Shown here in pieces: positions 38,820 through 48,603 of a stretch of 64,000 bases of DNA (its first letter is position 1; each line of letters begins with the position of its first letter). The DNA is taken from NCBI GenBank assembly GCA_005223125.1, contig NJBH01000005.1:96001-160000 (forward strand), written 5' to 3'. This DNA is from Promethearchaeota archaeon Loki_b32 (GTDB lineage: Archaea; Asgardarchaeota; Lokiarchaeia; Sigyniarchaeales; SOKP01). The translations under genes and the position numbers were made by a program. The notes beneath the pieces are model-generated. The model saw only the letters and a list, made by a program, of their open reading frames with translations. It ran no database searches and was not told the origin of the DNA.

Positions 38820-40250
38820 TTAATATGGACAGCTTAAATCGCTTTCGAGCCAATTATCCGTTAACCCGTAAGCTGTTAATCTACATCCTCCACAAAGATT
38901 CTTTGTAATACATTTCGAACATTTTCCTATTATTTTGCTCCTATTTCTAATTTGATTTAGAATTGTATTTTTAGTCCAAATATTATGTAAACCCTCTTTT
39001 AAGATATTTCCCAGTTTAATATGTCCTGCTGGAGCACAAGGTATTACAGTTCCATCACAATCTAATCCACAATAAAACAAACCTGTTGCACACCCACTAA
39101 AGAATCTGCTTAGGCGATGGAGTAAATTAACTGTATTTCCATCAAATAGATCTTGATATTTTGCCTCGTAACCAGTTAATATTTCACATAGAGGATAATA
39201 GTGACCATTACTTAATTCATAACACGATCTACTAAAATATGGCATTCCCCTCCCTAAAACTTCTAAAGATTGATTGTCTTCAATATTTTCAATGAATTTT
39301 TCTGCCATAAATTTCATGACATTGTATTTTGTTTTTTTGTCAACATCGTGGGTCATATAATATTTACCTCTACCTACTGGCAGTATACGAGACACATAAA
39401 ATCGTGTTGCGCCTAAATTTTTGACGTATTCATATATTTGAGGAATTTCCTCATAATTAAAATCCGCCAATGTAGTATTAATTATTAATTCATCAAATTT
39501 ACCAAATTCAATAGCATTATTTATCCCATCAATTGCTAAATCAAATGCTCCAGGTATATTACGTAAATTATCATGTTTATTCTTAGAAAGGCTATCTAAA
39601 CTAATTGAAACACTACGTACACCGGTATCATATATTTTTTGACAAATATCTTTCGTCATTAACGTTGCATTTGTGGAAAGAGACGGATAGATATTATTAT
39701 CTTGAGTATACATCATAACCTCAAATAGATCATCTCTCGTAAGAGGTTCTCCACCACAAAAATTAACAGTAATAACATCATTTGCAGCCAATATATCTAT
39801 TACTCTTTTTGCTTCCTCAGTTGTAAGTTCGTTTTTAGATTTTTGTTTGAATTTTGAATCAGAAAAGCAATGAGAACATCTTAAATTACATTTTTTAGTA
39901 TAATTCCAAACAATACTCAAAGGAGCTCCTGTGACAAATGGCATCCTTAATCCAAATATGGCAAGCCCTTTGAATATATTCTTTAAGACCTTTCTAAAGG
40001 TTTTATCTGCATAGAATTTATAAAAAATATGAGAACTTATATCAAAAAAAGAAAACCACCTCATCAACACAAATTTAAAAGCATTTGCTTGAAATCGACA
40101 TCTGGAGCATAAATTATCATTTTTACCAAAAATATAATCTAAAATTCCATCAAATCTATTAGTATTGCATTTTTTGCATGTTTTAGTAAAGTTTCTTCCA
40201 AAACTCATCATCCCCTGCTTTAATAATGGGATAGAAAAAGCATTAAACAT
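38820..40250 (-). CDS. Radical SAM/SPASM-domain protein
   Basis: CNLRCSHC, GGEPL, SPASM Cys motifs (CATG..PC..CSKC..CGGCR..CPY); N-terminal CKKC/CSRC. Confidence 0.9.
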   Translation of the reverse strand: MFNAFSIPLLKQGMMSFGRNFTKTCKKCNTNRFDGILDYIFGKNDNLCSRCRFQANAFKFVLMRWFSFFDISSHIFYKFYADKTFRKVLKNIFKGLAIFGLRMPFVTGAPLSIVWNYTKKCNLRCSHCFSDSKFKQKSKNELTTEEAKRVIDILAANDVITVNFCGGEPLTRDDLFEVMMYTQDNNIYPSLSTNATLMTKDICQKIYDTGVRSVSISLDSLSKNKHDNLRNIPGAFDLAIDGINNAIEFGKFDELIINTTLADFNYEEIPQIYEYVKNLGATRFYVSRILPVGRGKYYMTHDVDKKTKYNVMKFMAEKFIENIEDNQSLEVLGRGMPYFSRSCYELSNGHYYPLCEILTGYEAKYQDLFDGNTVNLLHRLSRFFSGCATGLFYCGLDCDGTVIPCAPAGHIKLGNILKEGLHNIWTKNTILNQIRNRSKIIGKCSKCITKNLCGGCRLTAYGLTDNWLESDLSCPY

Positions 40251-40512
40251 CTTAATTAAACCATTTCAACAAAAATACATTGATATTAATGATTCAATTG
40301 ATCAAATTAAATAAGTTTTTGATTTTTTCGACTAAATTTTTTCCATATTGTTTCAAACCACCCTAAATTGAAAGGAATATCTCTTATATTTTCCCCTTCG
40401 ATTATCAGATCTTGGAATTTCTCTTTAAAAAAACCAAATATCTAAAAAAATAAAATTTACTATAAATCCTATTTATTTTTAATTATATATTATATTATTA
40501 CTATTTTAGTTA

Positions 40513-42564
40513 GTGAAAAAGTGGATGATTGAAATCAAGAAAGGAATGACTGAAAGTGAAATTGAAGACTACGTAAATTATGTTCTAGAACAGATGACCT
40601 TGCAAGAAAAAGTCGCTCAAATGATTGGGAATGGAATAAATATAAAAGTGTTATTTGATGGAGGATTTGGAAAAAGAGTATATGATGCGGCAGGTTCAGA
40701 AAAATACAATATTCCTTCGTTCAAATTTACTGATGGGCCTCGAGGAGTAATAATTCCTGGCTCTACCTGTTTTCCTGTATCAATGGCTCGTGGAGCATCT
40801 TGGGACTTAGATTTAGAAGAAAGAGTTGGTGATGTGATAGGGAAAGAAGTTAGAGCAAATGGAGGTAACCTTTTTGGAGGCGTTTGTATAAATAATTTAC
40901 GACACCCTTCGTGGGGAAGGGCTCAAGAAACATATGGAGAAGATACTTTTCAAATAGGTGAATTTGGTGCTGCTTTAACTCGGGGTGTACAAAAACATAA
41001 TGTTATGGCGACTGCTAAGCATTTTGCAGCTAATAGCATTGAAAAGGCTCGATTTAAAGTAAATGTTAAAATGGATGAGCGTACACTTCGTGAGGTTTAC
41101 CTTCCTCACTTTAAGCGTTGTGTGGAGGAAGGATGCGCTACTATAATGAGTGCTTATAATAAAGTTCGTGGGAAATATTGTGGTCATAATGATTATCTAT
41201 TACGGGATATTTTAAAAGGTGAGTGGAGTTTTCAGGGATTTGTTCATTCTGATTGGATCCATGGCGTGAAAGACACTGTAGGGGGAATAACAGGAGGATT
41301 AGATGTTGAGATGCCTCGAGCAAAATATTATAAATTTAAGAAAATTGAAACAGCTCTACAAGAAAGTAAGATTTCAGAAACCCTAATTGATGAGGCGGCT
41401 AGCCGAGTAATGCGGACAATTCTTCGCTATACTACTAAGGAAGATCCTCAAACATATGAACCTAGCTTAATTGGATGTAAAGAACATCGTCAGGTGGCAT
41501 TAGAAGCTGCAGAAAAAAGTATGGTCCTCTTAAAAAATGAAAAGGATGTATTACCATTGGATAAGAAGAAAATTAACAAATTAGCAATGTTTGGAAAATT
41601 AGCAAGAGTTAGAAATACCGGTGATCACGGTAGTAGTGATGTGAATATCAAAAAAGTTATTACTCCGTTAAAAGGAATAAGAAATTTTTTAGGAGATTCT
41701 ATTGAAGTGGCCTATGATGATGGAAAAGATCCAAGGGGTGTTAAAAATACTGCTAAAGAAGCAGATGCAGCGATTGTGGTCGTTGGATTAACCTATAAGG
41801 ATGAAGGTGAATATATTATTGAAAAAAGAACTGGTGGGGATCGAGAGAATTTGTCTTTACACGATGATCATATTGAATTAATTAAAGCAGTTGTTTCTGA
41901 AAATGAAAAATGTATTGTTGTTCTAATTGGAGGGAGTGCTATAACTATGGAAGGATGGAAAGATCACGTACCCGCTATTTTATTGGCTTGGTATTCAGGT
42001 GTAGAAGGGGGTAATGCTTTAGCGAAAATACTTTTTGGTGATGTCAATCCCGGCGGAAAATTACCTTTTACAATTCCTAAAGATCCTCAACATTTGCCTT
42101 TCTTCGATAAAAATGCAGAGGAAATTGAATACGGATATTATCATGGTTATACTCTTTTTGATAAAGAGAGTTATGAACCAGCGTTCCCATTTGGTTATGG
42201 CTTAAGTTATACTTCCTTTAATTATAGCAATTTAAATGTTGAAGTAACAGATGATAAAATAATTGCCACTGTAGATATTAAGAACAGTGGAAAAGTTGCT
42301 GGAGATGAAATAGTCCAACTATACATAGGATTTGAACTATCTCAGATAGATCGTCCTGTAAAACTTTTAAAAGGATTTTCACGAATGAATCTAGAACCAA
42401 ATGAAATTAAACCAGTTAAAATTGAAGTACCTTATAAAAATCTTGCGTGGTATAATCCAAAATCGAAATCATGGGAAATTGAACAGATAACATATACACT
42501 TTACGTGGGTTCATCTTCAAGAAAGGAAGATCTATTATCTACTCAATTTAATTTAAGAAATTAA
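40513..42564 (+). CDS. Glycoside hydrolase family 3 (beta-glucosidase-like)
   Basis: DGPRG, GRAQETYGED, KHF, SDW nucleophile, FPFGYGLSYT, Fn3-like C-terminus. Confidence 0.95.
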   Translation: MKKWMIEIKKGMTESEIEDYVNYVLEQMTLQEKVAQMIGNGINIKVLFDGGFGKRVYDAAGSEKYNIPSFKFTDGPRGVIIPGSTCFPVSMARGASWDLDLEERVGDVIGKEVRANGGNLFGGVCINNLRHPSWGRAQETYGEDTFQIGEFGAALTRGVQKHNVMATAKHFAANSIEKARFKVNVKMDERTLREVYLPHFKRCVEEGCATIMSAYNKVRGKYCGHNDYLLRDILKGEWSFQGFVHSDWIHGVKDTVGGITGGLDVEMPRAKYYKFKKIETALQESKISETLIDEAASRVMRTILRYTTKEDPQTYEPSLIGCKEHRQVALEAAEKSMVLLKNEKDVLPLDKKKINKLAMFGKLARVRNTGDHGSSDVNIKKVITPLKGIRNFLGDSIEVAYDDGKDPRGVKNTAKEADAAIVVVGLTYKDEGEYIIEKRTGGDRENLSLHDDHIELIKAVVSENEKCIVVLIGGSAITMEGWKDHVPAILLAWYSGVEGGNALAKILFGDVNPGGKLPFTIPKDPQHLPFFDKNAEEIEYGYYHGYTLFDKESYEPAFPFGYGLSYTSFNYSNLNVEVTDDKIIATVDIKNSGKVAGDEIVQLYIGFELSQIDRPVKLLKGFSRMNLEPNEIKPVKIEVPYKNLAWYNPKSKSWEIEQITYTLYVGSSSRKEDLLSTQFNLRN

Positions 42565-42735
42565 TAAAAATATATTTCTCTAATCTTTTAATTTATTCTT
42601 CTTTACTTGTTTCAGAAGATTTATATGATGATATTGATCTTACCCCTTTGACAAAGCAAAATTTTCTTCTCAGCCATAAATCATCAAAAGAAAAAATGAA
42701 AAATTCTTAATTAAAGGTTCTCTAATTATTAACTA

Positions 42736-44097
42736 ATGAACCTTAATCCTCTTCACAAACGGTTTGAAACATTTACATATAAAAATTTAAATGATTTAGA
42801 GAAAAAAGTTGCTGAATTGGGATTAGAAATTCCAATATATCCTCGGGTAGAAATTCTCCAGCAAAAAGTAAAAATAAAAAATGTGTTTATACCTAATCGA
42901 TTAGCTATACAGCCAATGGAAGGTTTTGATGCTGATTTAGATGGTACACCTGGAAAATTAACTTTTAGACGATATGAGCGATATGCTAAAGGTGGAGCGG
43001 GATTAATTTGGTTTGAAGCAACAGCGATTAACCATGATTGCCGTTCAAATCCTCATCAATTATTAATATCAGAAGAAAATTCTAAAAAATTAAAAGAATT
43101 GGTCTCATTTACAAGAGATATTTGTAATAAATCTCTAAAAAAATTAGGATTTGAAAATGAGTGCGTTTTAATTATACAATTAAATCATTCTGGAAGATAT
43201 TGTGTAAGAAATAGTAAAAAATACCCTATAAGGGCATATCATAATGTTGAGTTAAATAATGCAAAAGGACTTTCAGATAAGGATGGACGTGTAGTATCTG
43301 ATGAGGAACTCAAACAATTAGAGGATATTTGGGTTCAAAAGACGACTTTAGCAAAAAATATTGGTTTTGATGGAGTAGATATAAAATCCTGCCATGGTTA
43401 TTTAATCCATGAATTATTTAGCTCAAGAGTTCGAGAAGATTCTGAATATGGGGGAACTTCTCTTGAAAATCGATCAAGATTATTTCTAAATATTATTAAA
43501 AAATTGAATAATATAAGGGACTTCATAATAACTACACGAATGAGTGTTTATGATGGAATTCCATATCCTAATGGGTTCGGGGTAAAATCAGTAGAAAATG
43601 ATAAATTTCCAGCAATAATAGATCTTACTGAACCCATTGAGGTAATTAATAAAATTTATAATCAAGGAGTAAGATTAATTAACATTTCTGCTGGAAACCC
43701 TCATTATAAACCTCACATTACACGTCCATATGATATACCCATAAAGGGAGGAAGTCCGCCTAATGAACATCCATTATATGGAATAAATAGAATCTTAAAT
43801 TTAGTATCTTTAATTAAAAGTCATTTACCAGATGATATGATAGTTATGGGATCCGGCTATTCATATTTGCGCCAATTTGCAGGTTATATTGCAGCAGGTA
43901 TGGCTCATGAAAAAAAGGTGGATATTTGTGGATTTGGAAGGATGGCATTGGCTAATCCTAACTTCCCAAAACAGATTTTCCAAGAGGGGATTATTGATAA
44001 GAAAAAAGTTTGTATTACTTGTTCTAAATGCTCTGAATTTATGAAACTTGGAGAAAATGTAGGATGTGCTACAAGAGATCCTCAATATAAGAAATAA
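42736..44097 (+). CDS. NADH:flavin oxidoreductase (OYE family)
   Basis: NRLAIQPMEG, QLNHSGR, DIKSCHGYL, CITCSKC. Confidence 0.9.
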   Translation: MNLNPLHKRFETFTYKNLNDLEKKVAELGLEIPIYPRVEILQQKVKIKNVFIPNRLAIQPMEGFDADLDGTPGKLTFRRYERYAKGGAGLIWFEATAINHDCRSNPHQLLISEENSKKLKELVSFTRDICNKSLKKLGFENECVLIIQLNHSGRYCVRNSKKYPIRAYHNVELNNAKGLSDKDGRVVSDEELKQLEDIWVQKTTLAKNIGFDGVDIKSCHGYLIHELFSSRVREDSEYGGTSLENRSRLFLNIIKKLNNIRDFIITTRMSVYDGIPYPNGFGVKSVENDKFPAIIDLTEPIEVINKIYNQGVRLINISAGNPHYKPHITRPYDIPIKGGSPPNEHPLYGINRILNLVSLIKSHLPDDMIVMGSGYSYLRQFAGYIAAGMAHEKKVDICGFGRMALANPNFPKQIFQEGIIDKKKVCITCSKCSEFMKLGENVGCATRDPQYKK

Positions 44098-44216
44098 TGA
44101 TTAGTGTAATTATTATAAGTTTTGCCTTTCACAAGAAAATCAGTTCTTTTTGAAATTCGGTATACTAGCTGAATTAATTTTACTATTGATACTTGGTAGT
44201 TAAAAAAAAAAATTAG

Positions 44217-44981
44217 TTAAACATTTATAAATTTTACATTGCTCCTGCTTTTTCGAAGTTTTATCAATTTATCGGGATAATTTGTGTATATTCCGTCCAC
44301 AACTTTTCCTTCATATTTTAAATTTAGGTATTTCTTCATAAAGTATTTGAACAGAACTGCCCATAAATATAATTTAAAGCCATCTTTCTTTACACGTCTA
44401 AAAATTTCATGATTGAACCGATGATGACATAAATTAACAACTTGAATATTCAATTTTTTCATTTGATCTAGTAACAAAAAATTATCTTGTATGATTTGTT
44501 TATCTGAATACAATGAATTTACTAATGTTATTCGTTCATTTTTTTCTCTTAAAGGTTTAAGAAGAGAATCAAATGATTTCCTATAAGTAGCTGGTTTTGT
44601 AATCTCGATCTTGTCTATAAGATCATATTGCTTTGCAATATCAATAATCTTCAGTCCTGTTTCTACTTTAAATACATCGAAATTATACCTAATTTTATCT
44701 TTAAACGTCTCAAACATCTCTCGGAGTGTAAGAATAGATTCACCATTCTCTAAATTAAACTGCTTAATTTCTTTTAATTTTAACTCTTCTAATGGGGTCT
44801 TTTTGCCATCAATTAAAAGATATGGAAAAAATCTAAGAACAACGGCTCTATCTTTTGATAGTCGAGCCTCAGTTTTGATCCCATCAACTCCCATATCAAC
44901 TGCTTTCTTAAAAGATGACATTGAATTTTCAATTCCCCTAAAACCTGCTCCTCTATGACCCCATATTATTGTATAATCCAT
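44217..44981 (-). CDS. Glycerophosphodiester phosphodiesterase-like protein (divergent active site)
   Basis: GHRGA..ENS, DGIYTNYP; ExD and the second His are not canonical. Confidence 0.75.
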   Translation of the reverse strand: MDYTIIWGHRGAGFRGIENSMSSFKKAVDMGVDGIKTEARLSKDRAVVLRFFPYLLIDGKKTPLEELKLKEIKQFNLENGESILTLREMFETFKDKIRYNFDVFKVETGLKIIDIAKQYDLIDKIEITKPATYRKSFDSLLKPLREKNERITLVNSLYSDKQIIQDNFLLLDQMKKLNIQVVNLCHHRFNHEIFRRVKKDGFKLYLWAVLFKYFMKKYLNLKYEGKVVDGIYTNYPDKLIKLRKSRSNVKFINV

Positions 44982-45109
44982 ATTTTTCTCCCTTTCAAAT
45001 TAATTACTTATATAAATTATAAACAATTATTTAAACGAATTTATTTTAATTTAAAAATTTCTCAAACAGAATCGTTTTAAAAATTAGGAAAAATGGTGGA
45101 GGAATTTAT

Positions 45110-46006
45110 ATGAAATTATTACGTACACCTGATGATAAATTTGAAAATCTACCTGACTTCCCATTCAAACCTAACTATATAGAAATCGATGGAATCAGAA
45201 TCCATTATGTAGATGAAGGACCTAAAAATGCTGAAACTATACTCCTTATGCATGGTGAACCTTCATGGTCCTATTTATACAGGCATATGATTCCAATTCT
45301 AGTAAAAGCGGGTTTTAGAACAATTGCTCCTGATTTGGTTGGATTTGGGCGATCTGATAAACCAACTGAACAAAGTGATCACACTTATCGAAAACACGTC
45401 GATTGGATGGGAAAATGCTTAAAACACCTTGATCTTAGAAATGTTACTTTATTTTGCCAGGATTGGGGTTCTTTAATAGGTTTAAGAGTTGCTATTGAAA
45501 ATCAAGAACGATTTGTTAGGATTATTTTATCAAATGGAGGATTACCCACTGGAGAACAGAAGATGAGTAAAGCATTTTTAGATTGGCAAGAATTCTCTAG
45601 AATTACTCCGAAATTTTATGTTGGAAGGATTATACAGGGTGCTACGGTAAATAAATTACCTAGAGATGTAATCAAAGCATACGATGCTCCATTTCCGGAT
45701 GACACTTATAAAGCGGGAGCTATAATTATGCCTTCATTGGTTCCAACTACAAAAGATGATCCAGAGCATGAGGCGAATAAAAAAGCATGGGAACAGTTCT
45801 TTCAGTGGAAGAAACCATTTTTAACAGCTTTCTCCGACAGCGACCCAATTACTAGAGGGGGTGATAAGTTTTGGCAGGAAAATGTTCCTGGAGCACAAGG
45901 ACAAAATCATACCATTATTAAAAATGCGGGACATTTTGTACAAGAAGATAAAGGTCCTGAATTAGCTAACCTCATAGTGAAATTTATCAAAAATAATTCT
46001 TTGTAA
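45110..46006 (+). CDS. Haloalkane dehalogenase (HLD-I type)
   Basis: LRTPD..F, HGEPSWSYLY, QDWG nucleophile Asp, FSDSDPI, GHFVQE. Confidence 0.92.
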   Translation: MKLLRTPDDKFENLPDFPFKPNYIEIDGIRIHYVDEGPKNAETILLMHGEPSWSYLYRHMIPILVKAGFRTIAPDLVGFGRSDKPTEQSDHTYRKHVDWMGKCLKHLDLRNVTLFCQDWGSLIGLRVAIENQERFVRIILSNGGLPTGEQKMSKAFLDWQEFSRITPKFYVGRIIQGATVNKLPRDVIKAYDAPFPDDTYKAGAIIMPSLVPTTKDDPEHEANKKAWEQFFQWKKPFLTAFSDSDPITRGGDKFWQENVPGAQGQNHTIIKNAGHFVQEDKGPELANLIVKFIKNNSL

Positions 46007-46231
46007 AAAATTTCATTAAGATTTTTATTATGAGCTTTTAGGTGCTCCAAGTTTTTTTTAATCTCCAGATAATCCAAATGTTCTTGTTTATCGCGAAAGT
46101 TCTGAGCTGCCATTATATTCTTAAAAATAAAGATATATTAAGAACATTTTTTATGTATATTTTGGAAAGAAATGTAAAATTTTTCTGAAATTAGTTGAGG
46201 TATTTTAGATTTTTTGAATCAAGTGTTATAA

Positions 46232-47221
46232 ATGTCAGAAGAAAGTTTAAGAGAAGTAATAGGATTAGCCAAAAAGTCAAAATGGAATCAAATAAAGAAA
46301 TACATTAAATTTATTGTTCAAAAAACGTTGAAAAAAGAGGCAGGATATAGTTTAACGGCTCTTGATGTCTTAATTAATGGAAAAAAACTACCAAAATTAA
46401 CGATTGCAATTAAAAATAAAGAAGAAGTTAAAGAAATTGACAAAATTATGGATTTTAATCACCTCTCTCTTTATCAAGCTACACAGAATTCGAATAATTT
46501 GATCGAAATTTCACAAAATAATGGCACACTTCTCGTTTTAGCAAAATTTCTCGGTCCAAGCTTAAATAATTATCAAGTATTTGATTTTTCTGTACATTTA
46601 GATGCATTAGATGATCCTTTTTTCACAATTGGAAATGGGAAGAAAATAGATAGTTCTGAGATATTGAAGATTATTAATGCAAATTCAGTACTAAATGTTA
46701 AATCTAGAAAAGAAATAACAAAGAAAGATTCAAAACTAACAGAAGAGACAAAGATTCAAGATATAGAAGTTTTTATTTTTGAAAAATTGACTGAAAAAAA
46801 TGCTATTTGGAATGGAACTGAAACAAAAACTTTTCAGAATTGGAAGGTAAAATTGAAAAATAAATATCGTAAAGAATCGGGGAATATTGCTTATTATAAA
46901 GGAAAACCTACTAAAAAGTATTCACAGCATTTAGAAAATCTTCTTAGGAATAAAGAGAATAAAATTAGAAGACCTTCAAAAAAATTAATTAAAAAAGAAT
47001 CGAGTTCTAAGAAGGATGATAAAGAAATTTTAGAGCAATTCATCTTTAAAACGCTAGCTAATAAGAATGCTTTTTGGAATGGAGCTGAAACAAAAAACTT
47101 TATAGATTGGAAACGTAGAATCCATAAAAAATATAATAAAGATACAGGAAAAAATCCATTTTATAGAGGAAAATTAACTCAAAATTTTCAAAAATATCTA
47201 AAAAATCTTATTAAAACCTAA
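46232..47221 (+). CDS. Basic hypothetical protein with a duplicated C-terminal module
   Basis: Four units of KNA(I/F)W.G..TK.F-like motif. Confidence 0.75.
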   Translation: MSEESLREVIGLAKKSKWNQIKKYIKFIVQKTLKKEAGYSLTALDVLINGKKLPKLTIAIKNKEEVKEIDKIMDFNHLSLYQATQNSNNLIEISQNNGTLLVLAKFLGPSLNNYQVFDFSVHLDALDDPFFTIGNGKKIDSSEILKIINANSVLNVKSRKEITKKDSKLTEETKIQDIEVFIFEKLTEKNAIWNGTETKTFQNWKVKLKNKYRKESGNIAYYKGKPTKKYSQHLENLLRNKENKIRRPSKKLIKKESSSKKDDKEILEQFIFKTLANKNAFWNGAETKNFIDWKRRIHKKYNKDTGKNPFYRGKLTQNFQKYLKNLIKT

Positions 47222-47231
47222 TAAAAAGGCT

Positions 47232-47879
47232 TTAATGAGTGCCTTTTAATTTATTAAGTGCTTTCTTCAACACATTTCTATTGGAATTTGGATAATATTG
47301 GGAATAATCTAAAATCTTTTCTTCAGAAATTCCATCCAGCAATTTATAAGCCTCAATTAATATCCTGCTTTCATTCATGTGGTTATATTGCCATAAATAA
47401 ATTAAATCTAATATTGTTTTTTCGTGATCTGAATACTTGACCTTATTATCTATAATTCCAAAATTAAAAAGAGCATTCTTAAATGTTAAAAATCTAAAGT
47501 CTTTCCCTAAAATCTTGATAGGTTTTTCTTTTATAATTTGATCGTTAATAAGATAAAACATATCATTTTCATGTTCATATTCGAAATTGATTAGATTTAA
47601 TGCAGTATAAAGTCCGAAATACCAATTTTTAACATTTTTTAATTCAAGACCCTTTCCCACAAGTTCCAAGATTGAGTAGTTAAGTTTATTTTGCAGGATT
47701 TCTTCTTCAGATTTCACATAATAAATATCATCTAGAATATTTAATAAAAAACCACGAGTAACTAAATAATTACTGATTGTTCTATAATCTAAATAGAGAT
47801 CTTTACTATATATTTGTAATTCTTCAGAAGTTACAAATTCCTTATTATCTTGCTTTATTTTTTTTAGAACACGAATCAT
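47232..47879 (-). CDS. AbiEi-like (type IV TA antitoxin/regulator) protein
   Basis: N-terminal wHTH with YL..RG.L..I...IYYV, then WYFGLYTAL and YSD.EKTILD.IY. Confidence 0.65.
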   Translation of the reverse strand: MIRVLKKIKQDNKEFVTSEELQIYSKDLYLDYRTISNYLVTRGFLLNILDDIYYVKSEEEILQNKLNYSILELVGKGLELKNVKNWYFGLYTALNLINFEYEHENDMFYLINDQIIKEKPIKILGKDFRFLTFKNALFNFGIIDNKVKYSDHEKTILDLIYLWQYNHMNESRILIEAYKLLDGISEEKILDYSQYYPNSNRNVLKKALNKLKGTH

Positions 47880-48030
47880 AAATCTAATCTAAAAATTTAA
47901 TTGAACTTAAAAAAATCAAGAAAAAAATTTTACTATATCCTAAATAATGCACCTTAGTTTTAATTCTTTTAGGTAAAAAATGCAAATTTTAAAAAAAAAA
48001 TTATAAATCTTTAAGAATTTTTTAGAGAGA

Positions 48031-48483
48031 TTACTCACGCATGGCATACATTACCGCAATTAAAAATTCAATAATATATATCGCAATTAATATTTGAATA
48101 CCCCGTGAAAACCTTAAAGCACTTGAACTCTTGAAAAGTACATAAAAAATGGGAAGTTACATCCATGGAATGAAGCCTACGAATAGCCCAACAACAGATT
48201 TCAATACTAAAAAGAGATACAACAAAATTAACACCCCAATAATTATAATAATCCAAAGAATAGTTAGAGAATTAAATTGTCACTTATCTTTTTTAATTTT
48301 TTTTAATTTCTTCTCGATTTATGAGCCAATTTGGCAATAATATTACACCCTCATTAAAACCTAACATTTCCAAGATACTAGCATGCGGATATGTTGTATA
48401 GAACCAAATAGTAAGGGGTATCTAGAAAATGTGTACAATGCTATTATACTACCTAGAATCGCCCATAGTAAGAATATCCACAT
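48031..48483 (-). pseudogene. Degraded membrane-protein gene
   Basis: Hydrophobic segments (MWIFLLWAILGSIIALY.., LWIIIIIGVLILLYLFLVL.., IQILIAIYIIEFLIAVMY) broken by stops and frameshifts. Confidence 0.5.
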
Positions 48484-48603
48484 TAGAGAATTTTAATAGA
48501 AAGTCGATTTTACTAATTTGTCAAATGGGAAAAATTATACCTTATTTCTTTTTATGTCAATCGAATTTTGTTTAACCACACACATTTTATTGGGTGTTAA
48601 AAT

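Noticed and set aside
38820-40250. RiPP biosynthetic cluster around the SPASM enzyme
   Set aside because: No precursor ORF, PqqD/RRE domain, peptidase or transporter is adjacent.
42590-42690. Possible minus-strand remnant (..DDLWLRRKFCFVKGVRS..)
   Set aside because: Too short and featureless to distinguish from chance.
45907-46113. 68-aa minus-strand ORF
   Set aside because: It overlaps the dehalogenase 3' end by 100 nt; it may be a remnant but there is no supporting motif.
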